Source of the DNA: Chromera velia
Taxonomy: Eukaryota
Direction of reading: 5' to 3'
Assembly: GCA_018398765.1 (NCBI GenBank)
Contig: JAHBMJ010000455.1
Coordinates: forward strand, 107,627 to 127,626
Length of the DNA stretch: 20,000 nucleotides
A program made the translations under genes and the position numbers. Below are positions 1-10,918 of the stretch, in pieces. Each line of letters opens with the position of its first letter. The first letter of the stretch is position 1. The notes beneath the pieces were generated by a model. The model was given only the letters and a program-made list of their open reading frames with translations, searched no databases and was not told where the DNA came from.

Positions 1-315
1 CAGACACATACAAAGAGACTCGAAGAGGCTTCGAATTGCGCCCCACGTTCCCAGTCACTGAAAGGAGCAAAGGGACCTCAGTCAAGGGGAGGGGGGGAGT
101 CGTTGCAGGGACGTGCCGGTACTTTGAAACAGACAGGGGTAAAAAGGGATTGACACAAGGATTCTATACTGTGCATGCACGCATCACTGAGAGACGAATG
201 TACAAATCAAGGAGGGACCCATACAGACACGCCAGAAATGCAGACAACGGACGACAGAAGGAAGAACAACTCAAACGAATGTCTCTCCTGCAATAGGAAT
301 CCCTCACTCACTCAA

Positions 316-1824
316 TCATTCGGACAACGACACCCTCTTGCTCCCCCCTCCGTTGGCAGATCCCCCCCGGCGACGTCGCAACCATCTGAACCAGACACAC
401 CCCCTTTCCTGCCGTTCCCCTTCCCCTTCTCCTCCCTCCTCCTCTTTCTCCCTCCCTCTTTGTTCACATAGGTTCTCTCTCTTGTTTCCCCCCCACCCCC
501 CCTCCCGGCTCCGACAGACGGCCGAGAAGGTCTGGATCAAATCAGGACCAGTCCCGCAACACCCGCCAAGAAACCGAAGCCCACACTCCTCAATCCATCT
601 CTCCGCATGACGTGCAGCCTCATCCAAGTCAACCTCCCCAAATTCCCAGTTCGGCATGCGGAAGCTGCCGTGGTCGGGGTACGCCCCGAGCGGACCGTCC
701 CACACTTGACGCACGACTCTCAGAGTCGGCAGCATCGCAGAGAAGTTCGTGTGCATGATGCTCACTCCCACCAGATTTCGTCCCACACACTCCATCAGAA
801 ACCTCAAAACCTCAGCAGTGAACTCAATCTCGCTACCCCACAGAACCAAACTTCCGTCTCTCCGAATCTGAGTTGAAATCCCCAGGAACACAGGCAACCC
901 ACACGACCCTGCCGCCTTTAGTGCCCGAGCAGCATGTTGCCTGTCCTTCATCATCTCTGTGAACAGAAACCTCACAGCAGGCTCACGAGCAAGAAGGTCT
1001 GCAGCTTCCTGGAAACCCTCGGCCTCCACTGAGGGAGACGGCCAGGCAGCACGGAGCATCTCCCTAGGGTCTCTCTCCCCCTCATTTCCGGTCTCCAAAG
1101 CACTGGGAGGGTGCGTTGACAAAGACCCGGCAATTAAGGGCCACTCCGTGTCTCTCAACTCTCCTGGAGGGGGCCCTAGAGAAGAGGACGAAGAGGCTGC
1201 ATTCCGCGCAGAGACAGCACACCGCACAGCCTCCTCTATGGCATGTCCCACTTTGTCTCCAAGTCCGGAGGGAGCCATCACGTTCCTGTTTGAGGCATAT
1301 GTGTTTGCAATCACGATCTCTGCCCCGGCTCTAATATAGTCTCCATGGACAGCCGTCACAAGCTCAGGTTCGTATAGCTGGGTTGCACAGGACCATCCTT
1401 TCTGATCCATCTTTGCCCCTCTTCGCTCTAGCTCTGTGCCCACACCGCCATCAATCACAAAGCACCTCCCCTCCCTCACTAGAGACTCAACTCTTTTCCA
1501 CGTCTCCCAAGCTCCCTGGACTTTCTGTCTGTGCAGCTGCTGCTTATGTTCTTGCGAGACACCCCCCTCCTCCTCCCCAACTGGTGCGGGACACATGTCC
1601 CCCCTGGCACGCAGCAGCATGGCTGTTCGATCGGTACCTCGTGTTGATCGAAGTAAGAGACGGTGCAACTGTCCCCGTCTCCTCGACTTATCTGACCCAA
1701 AGAAACCCAAGGAGATTCGAGTCCCCCGACTAACGTTCTCAAACACTAGCTGGGACCCAGCAATCCTTGCAAGGACATCATGATGATCATCAGCACGTGC
1801 TGGTTGAACACAGCGACTTTTCAT
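316..1824 (-). CDS. Homocysteine S-methyltransferase (HMT/BHMT/MetH N-terminal family) protein, intronless
   Basis: 502-aa ORF with family motifs FVIDGGVGTELERRG, VHGDYIRAGAEIVIANTY, LIAGSL, GAYP and FLGGCCGTGPDLI. About 115-aa N-terminal extension and a low-complexity C-terminal tail. True start uncertain (alternative ATGs at 1620 and 1596). Confidence 0.9.
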   Translation of the reverse strand: MKSRCVQPARADDHHDVLARIAGSQLVFENVSRGTRISLGFFGSDKSRRRGQLHRLLLRSTRGTDRTAMLLRARGDMCPAPVGEEEGGVSQEHKQQLHRQKVQGAWETWKRVESLVREGRCFVIDGGVGTELERRGAKMDQKGWSCATQLYEPELVTAVHGDYIRAGAEIVIANTYASNRNVMAPSGLGDKVGHAIEEAVRCAVSARNAASSSSSLGPPPGELRDTEWPLIAGSLSTHPPSALETGNEGERDPREMLRAAWPSPSVEAEGFQEAADLLAREPAVRFLFTEMMKDRQHAARALKAAGSCGLPVFLGISTQIRRDGSLVLWGSEIEFTAEVLRFLMECVGRNLVGVSIMHTNFSAMLPTLRVVRQVWDGPLGAYPDHGSFRMPNWEFGEVDLDEAARHAERWIEECGLRFLGGCCGTGPDLIQTFSAVCRSREGGWGGNKRENLCEQRGREKEEEGGEGEGERQERGCVWFRWLRRRRGGSANGGGSKRVSLSE

Positions 1825-2572
1825 CGTGTCAGAATTTCATCGCGGTGATCTGACACGGCGTCCCAAAGCTTTCAGTTTTTTCCGGATGACGGTTCCCGCG
1901 GGCAACATGCCCGACCTTCTGTATATTGCAGCCCTTTTGCGTTTTTTTCTATGTATAGCGCGGCGTTTTTTTTTAATAATTTAATTTTCACAATATATGG
2001 CTGAAAAATGTATCGATACATACGCACCACATGAGTGTGCATACGATCGAGTGAACCAGCCTGAATTGAACCGGCCCTTTACTATGGCTGCTTGACTGCA
2101 AGAAGCACTGGCCTTCCATCTTACGACGATATCCACACAGCAAATGTGCACAGCTCCACCTGACATGCAAAGCTCCTTCGAACGCCCTTTCACATGCGGC
2201 TGAACGCATCACTTGCATGCACAAAGCACCAATTGAAGCTGACAGACTGGGTTGTTGGAGAATCGAGTGAGCCATGTGGGTCCGGTAGGTCGAACCCAAC
2301 AAAGGGTAATCAGGCGCTAGGCTCCAGTTCTTCCTCGGAAGATCAGTCGGTTTGTCTGAGCAGACAGACTCCTCTGTCGGTCTTTCCAACCCTGTCTTCC
2401 ACGTGACCAAAGCGTCACCTATTCCTTTCTGACCATCCGAAGCGGAGTCACTCTCCTAGAAAGAGGAAGAGTCGAGAAGAAGCTGCAGCCAAGAAGAGAA
2501 AGAGTCAAGCCATTCGGGTGACACTGAGAAAGACGAAGCCAACGAAGTAGATCGGCATATAGGGTAGAGAGG
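1825..2572. promoter_or_regulatory. Divergent (head-to-head) intergenic region between the HMT gene and the adenylyl cyclase gene
   Basis: 748 bp between two divergently oriented start codons. Contains an AT/T-rich stretch at ~1940-2010 and TGCATGCA at 2214-2221. Regulatory role is inferred from position only. Confidence 0.4.
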
Positions 2573-5500
2573 ATGGCGGAGCGCATGTATGAGAGCAGCC
2601 CTTCGAGAGCTGACATCTCAGGCAACCCCAGGAAGTCCATCGATCCCAAGGCAAGGAAGCACGATGACGGAGGGGCGTGCTCATGCTGCCCCGCTCCAAC
2701 AAGGGTCAGTTCGACTCACTGTGGGGGGGGATGTTTGAAAGTCACTCAGACTATGCGTATCCATCCACCTGGTTTCACTGCATGTATGTATCTGCAAAGG
2801 GCTTTTTCCTGAAAAAGAGGGAGGGTCTTTTTTTTTCGACTTCTTTTTCTCTTTGCCAGTCAGTCTGTCAATCTCTCTCTTTGCCACCCTCCATCTCCTC
2901 TTGCCTTTCTGATAGTGTATCTTTGTGTCTGTGCCTCTGCGCATGTACGTCGCTCGAGAGCCTCATTCATCTCTTTCAGCAAGGACTTGTCTTTGTTGCT
3001 CTGTGCATGTGTCGCAATCGCTTGAACAAGCGTCTACTGGTGACACGCGCACGCACACATACAGGCGCACAACTCCCATACGCATTCATGCCGGCTTTTG
3101 GAGAGAGAGAGTTTTCCTTCTTTGTCTGTGTGCTGGAGCTGAAAGTGTTACTGCACGGGAGGTCCCTTAATCTCCATATTATTCTCCTTTATACGAAACC
3201 ACTTTCGCCCCTCCGTATATATGTGCAGGCGATGTGCAGGAAGATCGTCGAGAATGCCTGGGTGAGCGCCTTCATGACTGCAGTGACAGTGTACGCCCTC
3301 TTTGGAGACGACATCAAATTGTGTGCAACCGACAAGGTCAGCAGAATAGAACAGAGAAGGAGAGGAAAAGAGGATGCACAGAATGACTAAAAAGGGCCCT
3401 CTGTGTCTCGCTCCTATCCATATTTTTGTGTGATGCTGACTCAACAAAACGATGGAGGACATGTCGTGAAAGACAGCAGAAAAGATATGAATTTCGGTAG
3501 TCGGGCGGAAAGAATGATGGTTTTTCTTTCTTTGTTTCTTTCTTTCTTTGTTTCTTTCTTTATTTCTTTATTTATTTATTTATTTATTTATTTATTGCAT
3601 GCAGAGTGCGGACATTTACTTCAACATCGTGAACATCGTGGCTCTGTTCTTCTTCTCTCTGGAGATTGTCCTCTCGTCGATCGGGAAGGAGGATTATTTC
3701 GGGAAGTTCTTCTTCTGGCTGGACGTGATCTCGACAGCCTCTCTGATCTTCGACATCACCTGGGTGTGGGATCCTATCCAGTCGTCCTTCTCGGGAGGGA
3801 GTGCTGCCACAGACACCTCCCAGATTGCAAGAGCAGGGCGAGCAGGGAGAGCAGGGTCGAGAGCAGGACGTGTGATTCGAATCGTGCGGGTCGTGCGTCT
3901 CATCCGTATCGCAAAGGTAGGGCGGGGGCCTTCTATGTGGCTTCTGCTTCTTTACAGAATTTCCCTTGTGTCATTCTGATTTTCTGGCAAATTGAAGGTC
4001 CACCGGCGTGTCTATTTGTCTGTCTCCAGGTGAGTATGTGTATGAAAAGTGTGGTCCCGTCTCATACCCTAGAGAGCATCCGAAGGTGCAGTCTGTCTCT
4101 GTTTTTGTTGACGGGAGAGCTCTGTAGTCACCGTGTGTTTGTCTGTATCTGTGTGTGCGTATCGCAGCTGTACAAGCACGCAGTGGAGACAACTGAGAGA
4201 GAACGACACGACACCGTCCTTCCAGGAGAGCTGTTGGACACACCGGACGAAGAGGGACCCGCACACAGCCCCCCCGATGTGGAGGAGGAGAAAGGTGTGT
4301 GCATGCGTGCGTCGTCATGCAAATCGGCAAGGCAGTTCTGCCGGAGATCATTGGTGATAAACACAAAATAAACGCGTTTTCCCAGTGGAAACGTGCGAAG
4401 AAGAGTGAAGGGCAAAACCGATCTACCCGAGAAGAGGGGGTCCTTCGTCACCAGTGCATATGTCGTGTAGCCGTTCTGGATACAAACAACAAAGATTGCA
4501 TATTGTGATAAGTGAGTTCAATTTTGAATGGAAATTTGCGGCTGAAGAGGATGGGATTCTTTTTCGGAAACAGGTGCAGAAGGGAGTTGAGTTAGGGCAC
4601 ACGGAAGTTCTCTTTCGAGAGGACTCTTTTTACAGGGTGGAGATGTCAGCACCAGAGATGTTTGCCTTTGCATATCAAATGCCGAGTCGTATCAGAATCA
4701 AATCCCCCTGTGCTTTCTTTTACATTTCTGAAGCTGTTTGAGTGGCTCGACTGATATATCTGCAGAGGAAAACGCAGAGGAGGGAATGGAGCCTGAGTCC
4801 CGAGTCGGAAAGAAACTCTCCGAACTGACCACTCGCCGTGTGATTATCCTCGTCCTCGTCATGCTCCTGGCCATTCCTCTGCTGGACGAGACGCAGTGGG
4901 TGGACAATCCCCCTGTCGGACAGTACGGAATTCTCAACATTGCAGAGTCAGTCAGTCAGTAAGTGAGTCAGCATGGACATGAGTAAGTGTTTGTCTGAAA
5001 TCAATCATATCATGAATGGATTGACTGGATGCACTCTGTCTGTCTGTCTTAATGGGATGGATGTCGAGGCCTTCAAGATCTTTCAAACACTCACTCTCTC
5101 TTTCCCATTTGCAGATTTGCGGAGGCCTACGGACAGGCCACAACAAGCGGTGTCTCCTCGTTCCAGGTCGACGCTGCTGTGTACAAGCAGGGGTACGACT
5201 TCTCAATACTCACGTTCTTACAATACCACGTCCAGGTCCGTCCCTGTCTTGACTGTTGTTTCCGTTCGCACTGTTGGTTTTTTCTTTACTCCGTGGTCTC
5301 GGTCTGTTGTGCCAGTGCACACACTTCTGAGAAGGACTGCAATACATTTGCTGGAACCCCGCATTCCTTAGGTTCACACAGACTCCATGCAGATTTTCTT
5401 AACTGCCGCTTCAATGTATCTCTTGTTCTCTCTCCACCTTGAAGTGCGTGCATGCGTGTGTGCTCACGGATGTTTGTTGTGCTTGAGTAAATTTGTATGA

Positions 5501-8500
5501 CAGCCTCCCTGCCTTCAGTCGAGTGATAAATGTTAAGAATCGCAGCCAAGTTACTCAGCAAAGCAGCGGAAAAAAGGAGGCACTCATGGTAGAAGCGGGG
5601 GCTTGTGGACATCCTGTTTCGCCCTGCCCACACAATTTCTTTCTCGTGCCAGAGTACTTGTGTGGCTCGCCGCTGGATTAGGAGTGCTTGGAGTCCGGAC
5701 GGAACTTCACATTGATGGGAAGCTTTAGGATTAGTTTCTGGTTTTGAATGTAAAATGGCTCCCTCCTCTTCTTCACTGATTGACTGCAGGGGAATCCCCA
5801 AGGTCTGAACAACTATTTGATTTACATACGGATGCCCTACTCGTTGTCTCTATCGGAAGACGCCATCAGAGAATACGCAACGCGAAACAATATGATCACG
5901 TCAGTTTGGAAGAATCCGAGGGGAGGCTGAGTGACAGACAGCGGGGCGGACAGATTTCTGTCTTCAGTAGATGCAGCGGGGAGAAGAGGCTGAAACATAC
6001 GTAGACTTCAGAGATGAAGGGGAGGGCAGGGAGAATATGCAAGAACTCGACACGTGTGGTGTCTACCTCTCCATGTAATCGTTTGCGTGATTATCTAGAC
6101 ATCCACGTACATAAGCCTGCACGTTCACTTGCAATTGATGCGTGTCTGCCTGTCTGCCTGCAGAGACGCGATTGTGAACCTGAAGAGCGAAGACCTCCTT
6201 GACCCCGGAGTTGTCGTCAATCCTGCAGGGACAGTGCCGGGTGATCTGAGGACTGCAGAGAAGAGCACGGTTGAATTTGAGGTCAGTCACTCAGAGAGAA
6301 GGGAGGGGGGGTGGGAGGGGAACAGCCAGCAAGAGAGGAAGAGAGGAGAGAGGCCTGGAAGACCTCTCAAAGGTTTATGTAGACCAAAAGTGGGGTCTGA
6401 AAGAAAGTCTGCTTCCGTCTTGTCACACTGAATTGGAGTAAAAGCAAACAAAAAGGCTAAAAAGAAGTTGATAACGCTTGAACGCAATGATCCTGAATTG
6501 AATTCCTGCATGCATGCATACATGCAGGTATGTGAGGACTTCATTCCCCCCACAGAGCAGTGCTCCAACTCTGCCCAGAGGCCCATCCTGGCAGTCTTCA
6601 CCTTGAGGTACGAGGTCGTGATGGGGGCTGCCCTGAACATTGCCAAAACGGTCTTCATCTGCCTCGTGCTTGCACTGGGGGCTCTGTTCTTCTCGAAGGA
6701 CGCCAACGAGCTGGTGCTCAACCCTATCGAGAGAATGATTGCAAAGGTCGGCCGGGCAGGCAGGCAGGCAGGCGAGCAGGCAGGCTGGCAGGGAGAACAA
6801 GAAGATGGGACAGGCCGGAGAGGAAAAATGGACACAGACAGACCGATGGACAGATACACAGAGAGGATCGGAGGTTCAGATTGGCAGTCTAATCAGAAAA
6901 TAGGTTTGGTCACTGCAAGCCGATGGACCATTCATTGTGTGACATACTTTTCGGCAAACGCTGAAATAAAAACCGCACAAAAGGCATAGCAAACCAGCCG
7001 GCCTTCTGAAACATACGCAGAGCGTGGAGGGCACACACCCTCGACACCAAAACTGTGACTTTTTTTTTTTTTTGAAATGAAAGCATTGTTTCTTGTCTGC
7101 CTGCCTGCAGGTGGAGAAAATTCGACAAAATCCGATGGTGGCGGCAAAGCTGGGTGAGAAGGAAGCAGAGGAGGCAGAAAAAGTAAGTGAGTGAGCCAGT
7201 AGGTGAGTGGATCACTCGCTTGGTCGATTTTTGCTTTTCAGGCTTCTTTTTTGGTCCCACACAATTCTGTGGTTTGGGTTTGTTTGATTGTCGGTTTGAT
7301 GCATTCCTCCTGCAGAGTACTCCGTTGGCTTGTTCGCTTTTTCTGTAGAAGGGAGAATATATCCTTCGACAGCCTCCACCCGGTTTTCGTCCACTTGCTT
7401 CTTCTTTTCTTCTCTTTCCATTTTTTGCATCATTTCTCTGGCTGTACCCCTTTGGAAAGCTCTCGCGAGGGAAGCCTTCAATCGCCCCGGCCCCTTTCTG
7501 ATGTGCCCTTAATTCTCTGCAGGACCCCGAAGAGCCAAAGTCTGGAGTCGCCCGTTACAGCCGTGCAGTGACAGAGAACATCACCAGGTACAGATTCAAC
7601 AAGAACAAGAACAACAAAAAGAAAAAGGGACCAGACCCGTACGAGACCCTCATCCTCGAGAAGACTATCATCAAAATTGGAGGTCTGTCACCCTGTGCCT
7701 CAGATGAGCCGGCAGGGTAGGAATGCGAAAGAATCTGGTGGGCCGGCAAGATTCCGTGCATTTACAGACAGGACTTAGCGCAGCATCAGAGTTCTTTGTC
7801 AGTGACCTTTGAACAGCCTTTGGAAGGCTCATTTCTCAGCTCGAAATTGCGCACATTTGTACCCACAAAATTCACCTGATGCTTCTTTGTTCTGACAGGG
7901 CTGCTGGCCCTCGGGTTCGGAGAAGCAGGTGGTGAGATCATCGCGAACAACATGAAGAACTCAGACGGAGGATTGAACGCCATGGTAGCAGGACGAAAGG
8001 TAAGAAAGAAGGCTTAGATGAACGGGAGGGATCGAAGGCAGTCTCGTTCTGTGACGGTACAAACCTTTCACTTTGGAACTTGCCCAGAGTCGAAAAGTAT
8101 CCTCTAACTTTTTGAATAGCGTGGATACTGCGGCAGAATTCAGATTTACTGATGAGCAGCGGGGTCGAAAGGATTGACACCAACCAGCTTCATTGAACAT
8201 CATAACGCACGATTTTGTTCTATTCGGTCTGTCTGTCTGTCTGCAGATCCAAGCGATTTTCGGATTCTGCGACATTCGTCAGTTCACAGATGCGACAGAG
8301 GTGCTCAGGGAGAATGTGATGATGTTCGTCAACCAGGTCTGTCAAACAGTCAGAGAGACAGACGAACTCTATCGTTCTCAGTTTTCTTCCAGACAAAAGG
8401 AAAAACAGACAAACAGATAGACAGATAGACAGACAGACAGACAGACAGATAGACAGACAGGGATAGTGAGGAGGCAAGCCTGACAGAGGAGTTTGGTTTC

Positions 8501-8774
8501 AGAACCCTAGAGCATTACTCCCTTCCCCTCCTTTTCCGCAGCATGCTGGCTGCTTGAGGTGCGCGACGCACATGTCGTCATCATTGAGACTGATGAATTG
8601 TTCTTTTTGCAGATCGCTGAGATTGTGCACTCTATTGTCGACACTTTCTCTGGAGCAGCCAACAAGAACATCGGAGATGCGTTTCTGCTCGTCTGGCGAT
8701 TTCCCGAGAAAGACAGGAACATGGAGGTCAAAGAGCAGACAGAGGACGCGGCCATCAAGGCAAAGGTCTGTCTT

Positions 8775-8829
<55 letters not shown>

Positions 8830-9737
8830 GTCTGTCTACATGTCTGTAGGACAAGAGGCTTGCGGGGGTCTTCTACTGTAAAGGCAAGAGCCGAACGCCT
8901 TTCTTGTGCATTTTTCAATGACCAGAAAAACAAAATGAGAAAGGAGTAGCTGAAAGAAAAACCTCAGATGCGGGCAGAAAAAAAGAGAAACGGCGCGAGG
9001 AGGGCATGTAGAAACTTGATGATATTACATCGCTACGGTGTCTATATGCATGCTGAGACTCGAATCTGTGAGCGTGTTTGTATCTGCAGCTGGCTGACAT
9101 GTCGGTGATGGCCTTCCTGAAGATTATGGCAGCCATCAACAGATCCTCTGTCCTTGCACAGGTATGGATGGGTTACGTCTCTTCATGGATATAATTTTTG
9201 GCTTCTGTCGTTTTCTCTGGCGTACGATTATTAATGAAGGCCTCTTTATGTGGCCGTGTGATTTTTTCCAACGAGTCATTTCATTCACCTCTCCCACCTG
9301 AATTCCTCTCCTTGTCCTTCTTTCCTCGTGGAATGGTTTCCTGTACAGGATTTCGCACACATCTCCAAGTTTTGTCTCCTTTTTGTTGGTTCTCTACTTC
9401 CTTCCTGTCTCTTAATTGTCTCCTCGCAGTACCGCACGAACAAAGCCCTGTGTAACCGCATCCCGAACTACAAGGTGAAGATGGGATTCGGTCTCCATGT
9501 CGGGTGGGCAATCGAGGGGGCGATCGGGTCGAAGTTCAAAGTGGATGCGTCGTATCTGTCTCCAAATGTCAACATGGCGTCTCGGTCAGTCAGTCAGTCA
9601 GTCAGTCAGTCAGTCAGTAGCATCCGTTCTCTCTGACTTTTGTTTATTCAATTCGTTCTTTGTTGTGCTTCTTCCTTTCTTTCTTTCTTTATTTATTTAT
9701 TTATTTATTTCTTTATTTCTTTCTTTCTTTTTTTTTT

Positions 9738-9811
<74 letters not shown>

Positions 9812-10882
9812 CTTTCTGTTTGTTTGTTTCTTTTCTTCTTCTTTTTCTCAGGGAGTCGATGGGTCTTTTCTTTTGGAAGTTTTTCAGTGGCCACGCGTTT
9901 TCTCTCTTCCTTTGTCGCTCTTTCTCCCTCCCCTTGTTTCTCCCCTCTCCCTGGGCCTCTACGTACGTGCCAGCTTCTCTCTGTGGCTGTGCTTTATACA
10001 AGCCCCATACACTGCACACACACCCCTTTCGATCTGTCCGTCCCTCCCTGCATGTATCCATGCAGTCTGGAGGCTGCCACAAAACAATTCGGAGTCCCTC
10101 TTCTGATCTCCGGAGCCCTGTTTGACATCTTCACCCCCCAGACACAAAAGCACTGCCGTCAAATCGACTGCGTGACGGTGAAGGGATCCAATGAGCCCAT
10201 GCCCCTATTGACAATTGACGTGAGGACAGACCATCTGAATATTAAAGAACCTGGACCGCAAGTCAGTCTCTCTCTCTCTCTCTCTCTCTGTGTGGGGGGG
10301 GGNNNNNNNNNNNNNNGGGGGGGTTACAGTTGCCCTACCTGTATCGCTGCAATAGACTTTGACGCACATTGACCCCGTAGTCCTTGCTCTACCTTCATGT
10401 CTTGCTGTTTCGCCCGGCTTATCTTACGAAATCAACTGAGCGAAAAAAACAAAGCGACGCCTCGCATTCCCTGCAAAAGGACATACAACCAAAATTCCTT
10501 CAAAATGGTAGGACGTCTCTATTTGCGTCTGTCTGTTTTGATGAGAGTCTTTGGCGTCCATCTCCCTCTGTGGTGTGCATGAATGAATGAATGAATGAAT
10601 GAATGAATGCGTGTCCTGCTATCCTAATTCTTGAGTGCCTGCAGGGAAGGCATGCTAAGGCTCATGAAAGGCAGCTGAGAGAGATCGAGAAGACCCGCAT
10701 GTGGTCTCACAGGTCGGCATGCAGGCACTTGCTTCTCTGTCCTCCTTGCCTGTCCTCTCCTTCCTTTCCTTGCCTGTCCTGTCCTTCCTTTCCTTTCCTT
10801 TCCTTTCTTTTCCACGCCTCCTTCTTTCGCTTCCTATTTCTTTCTTTCTTTCTTTCTTTCGTTCTATCTTTCTTTCTTTCTT

Positions 10883-10918
<36 letters not shown>

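Larger units (their letters stand above)
8247..10261 (+). other. Class III nucleotidyl cyclase catalytic domain (exons 13-17 of the cyclase gene)
   Basis: Two metal-binding Asp (FCDIR, IGDA), adenine-specifying Lys (NKNIGD), Ser at the second specificity position and the transition-state Asn/Arg (NMASR) are all present. Confidence 0.92.

Noticed and set aside
338..1783. Plus-strand ORFs overlapping the HMT gene
   Set aside because: Antisense shadows of a GC-rich CDS, with no recognisable motifs.
3403..4371. 322-aa ORF
   Set aside because: Runs out of frame through cyclase exon 3 and in frame only through exon 4. Otherwise intronic.
4734..4765. Alternative acceptor AAG at 4733 for cyclase exon 5
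   Set aside because: Phase does not match the exon 4 donor. TGCAG at 4765 does.
9497..10372. 291-aa and overlapping Phe/Leu/Ser-rich 'membrane protein' ORFs
   Set aside because: Translation of (TTTC)n intron SSRs. Only 9430-9584 and 10066-10261 are coding.
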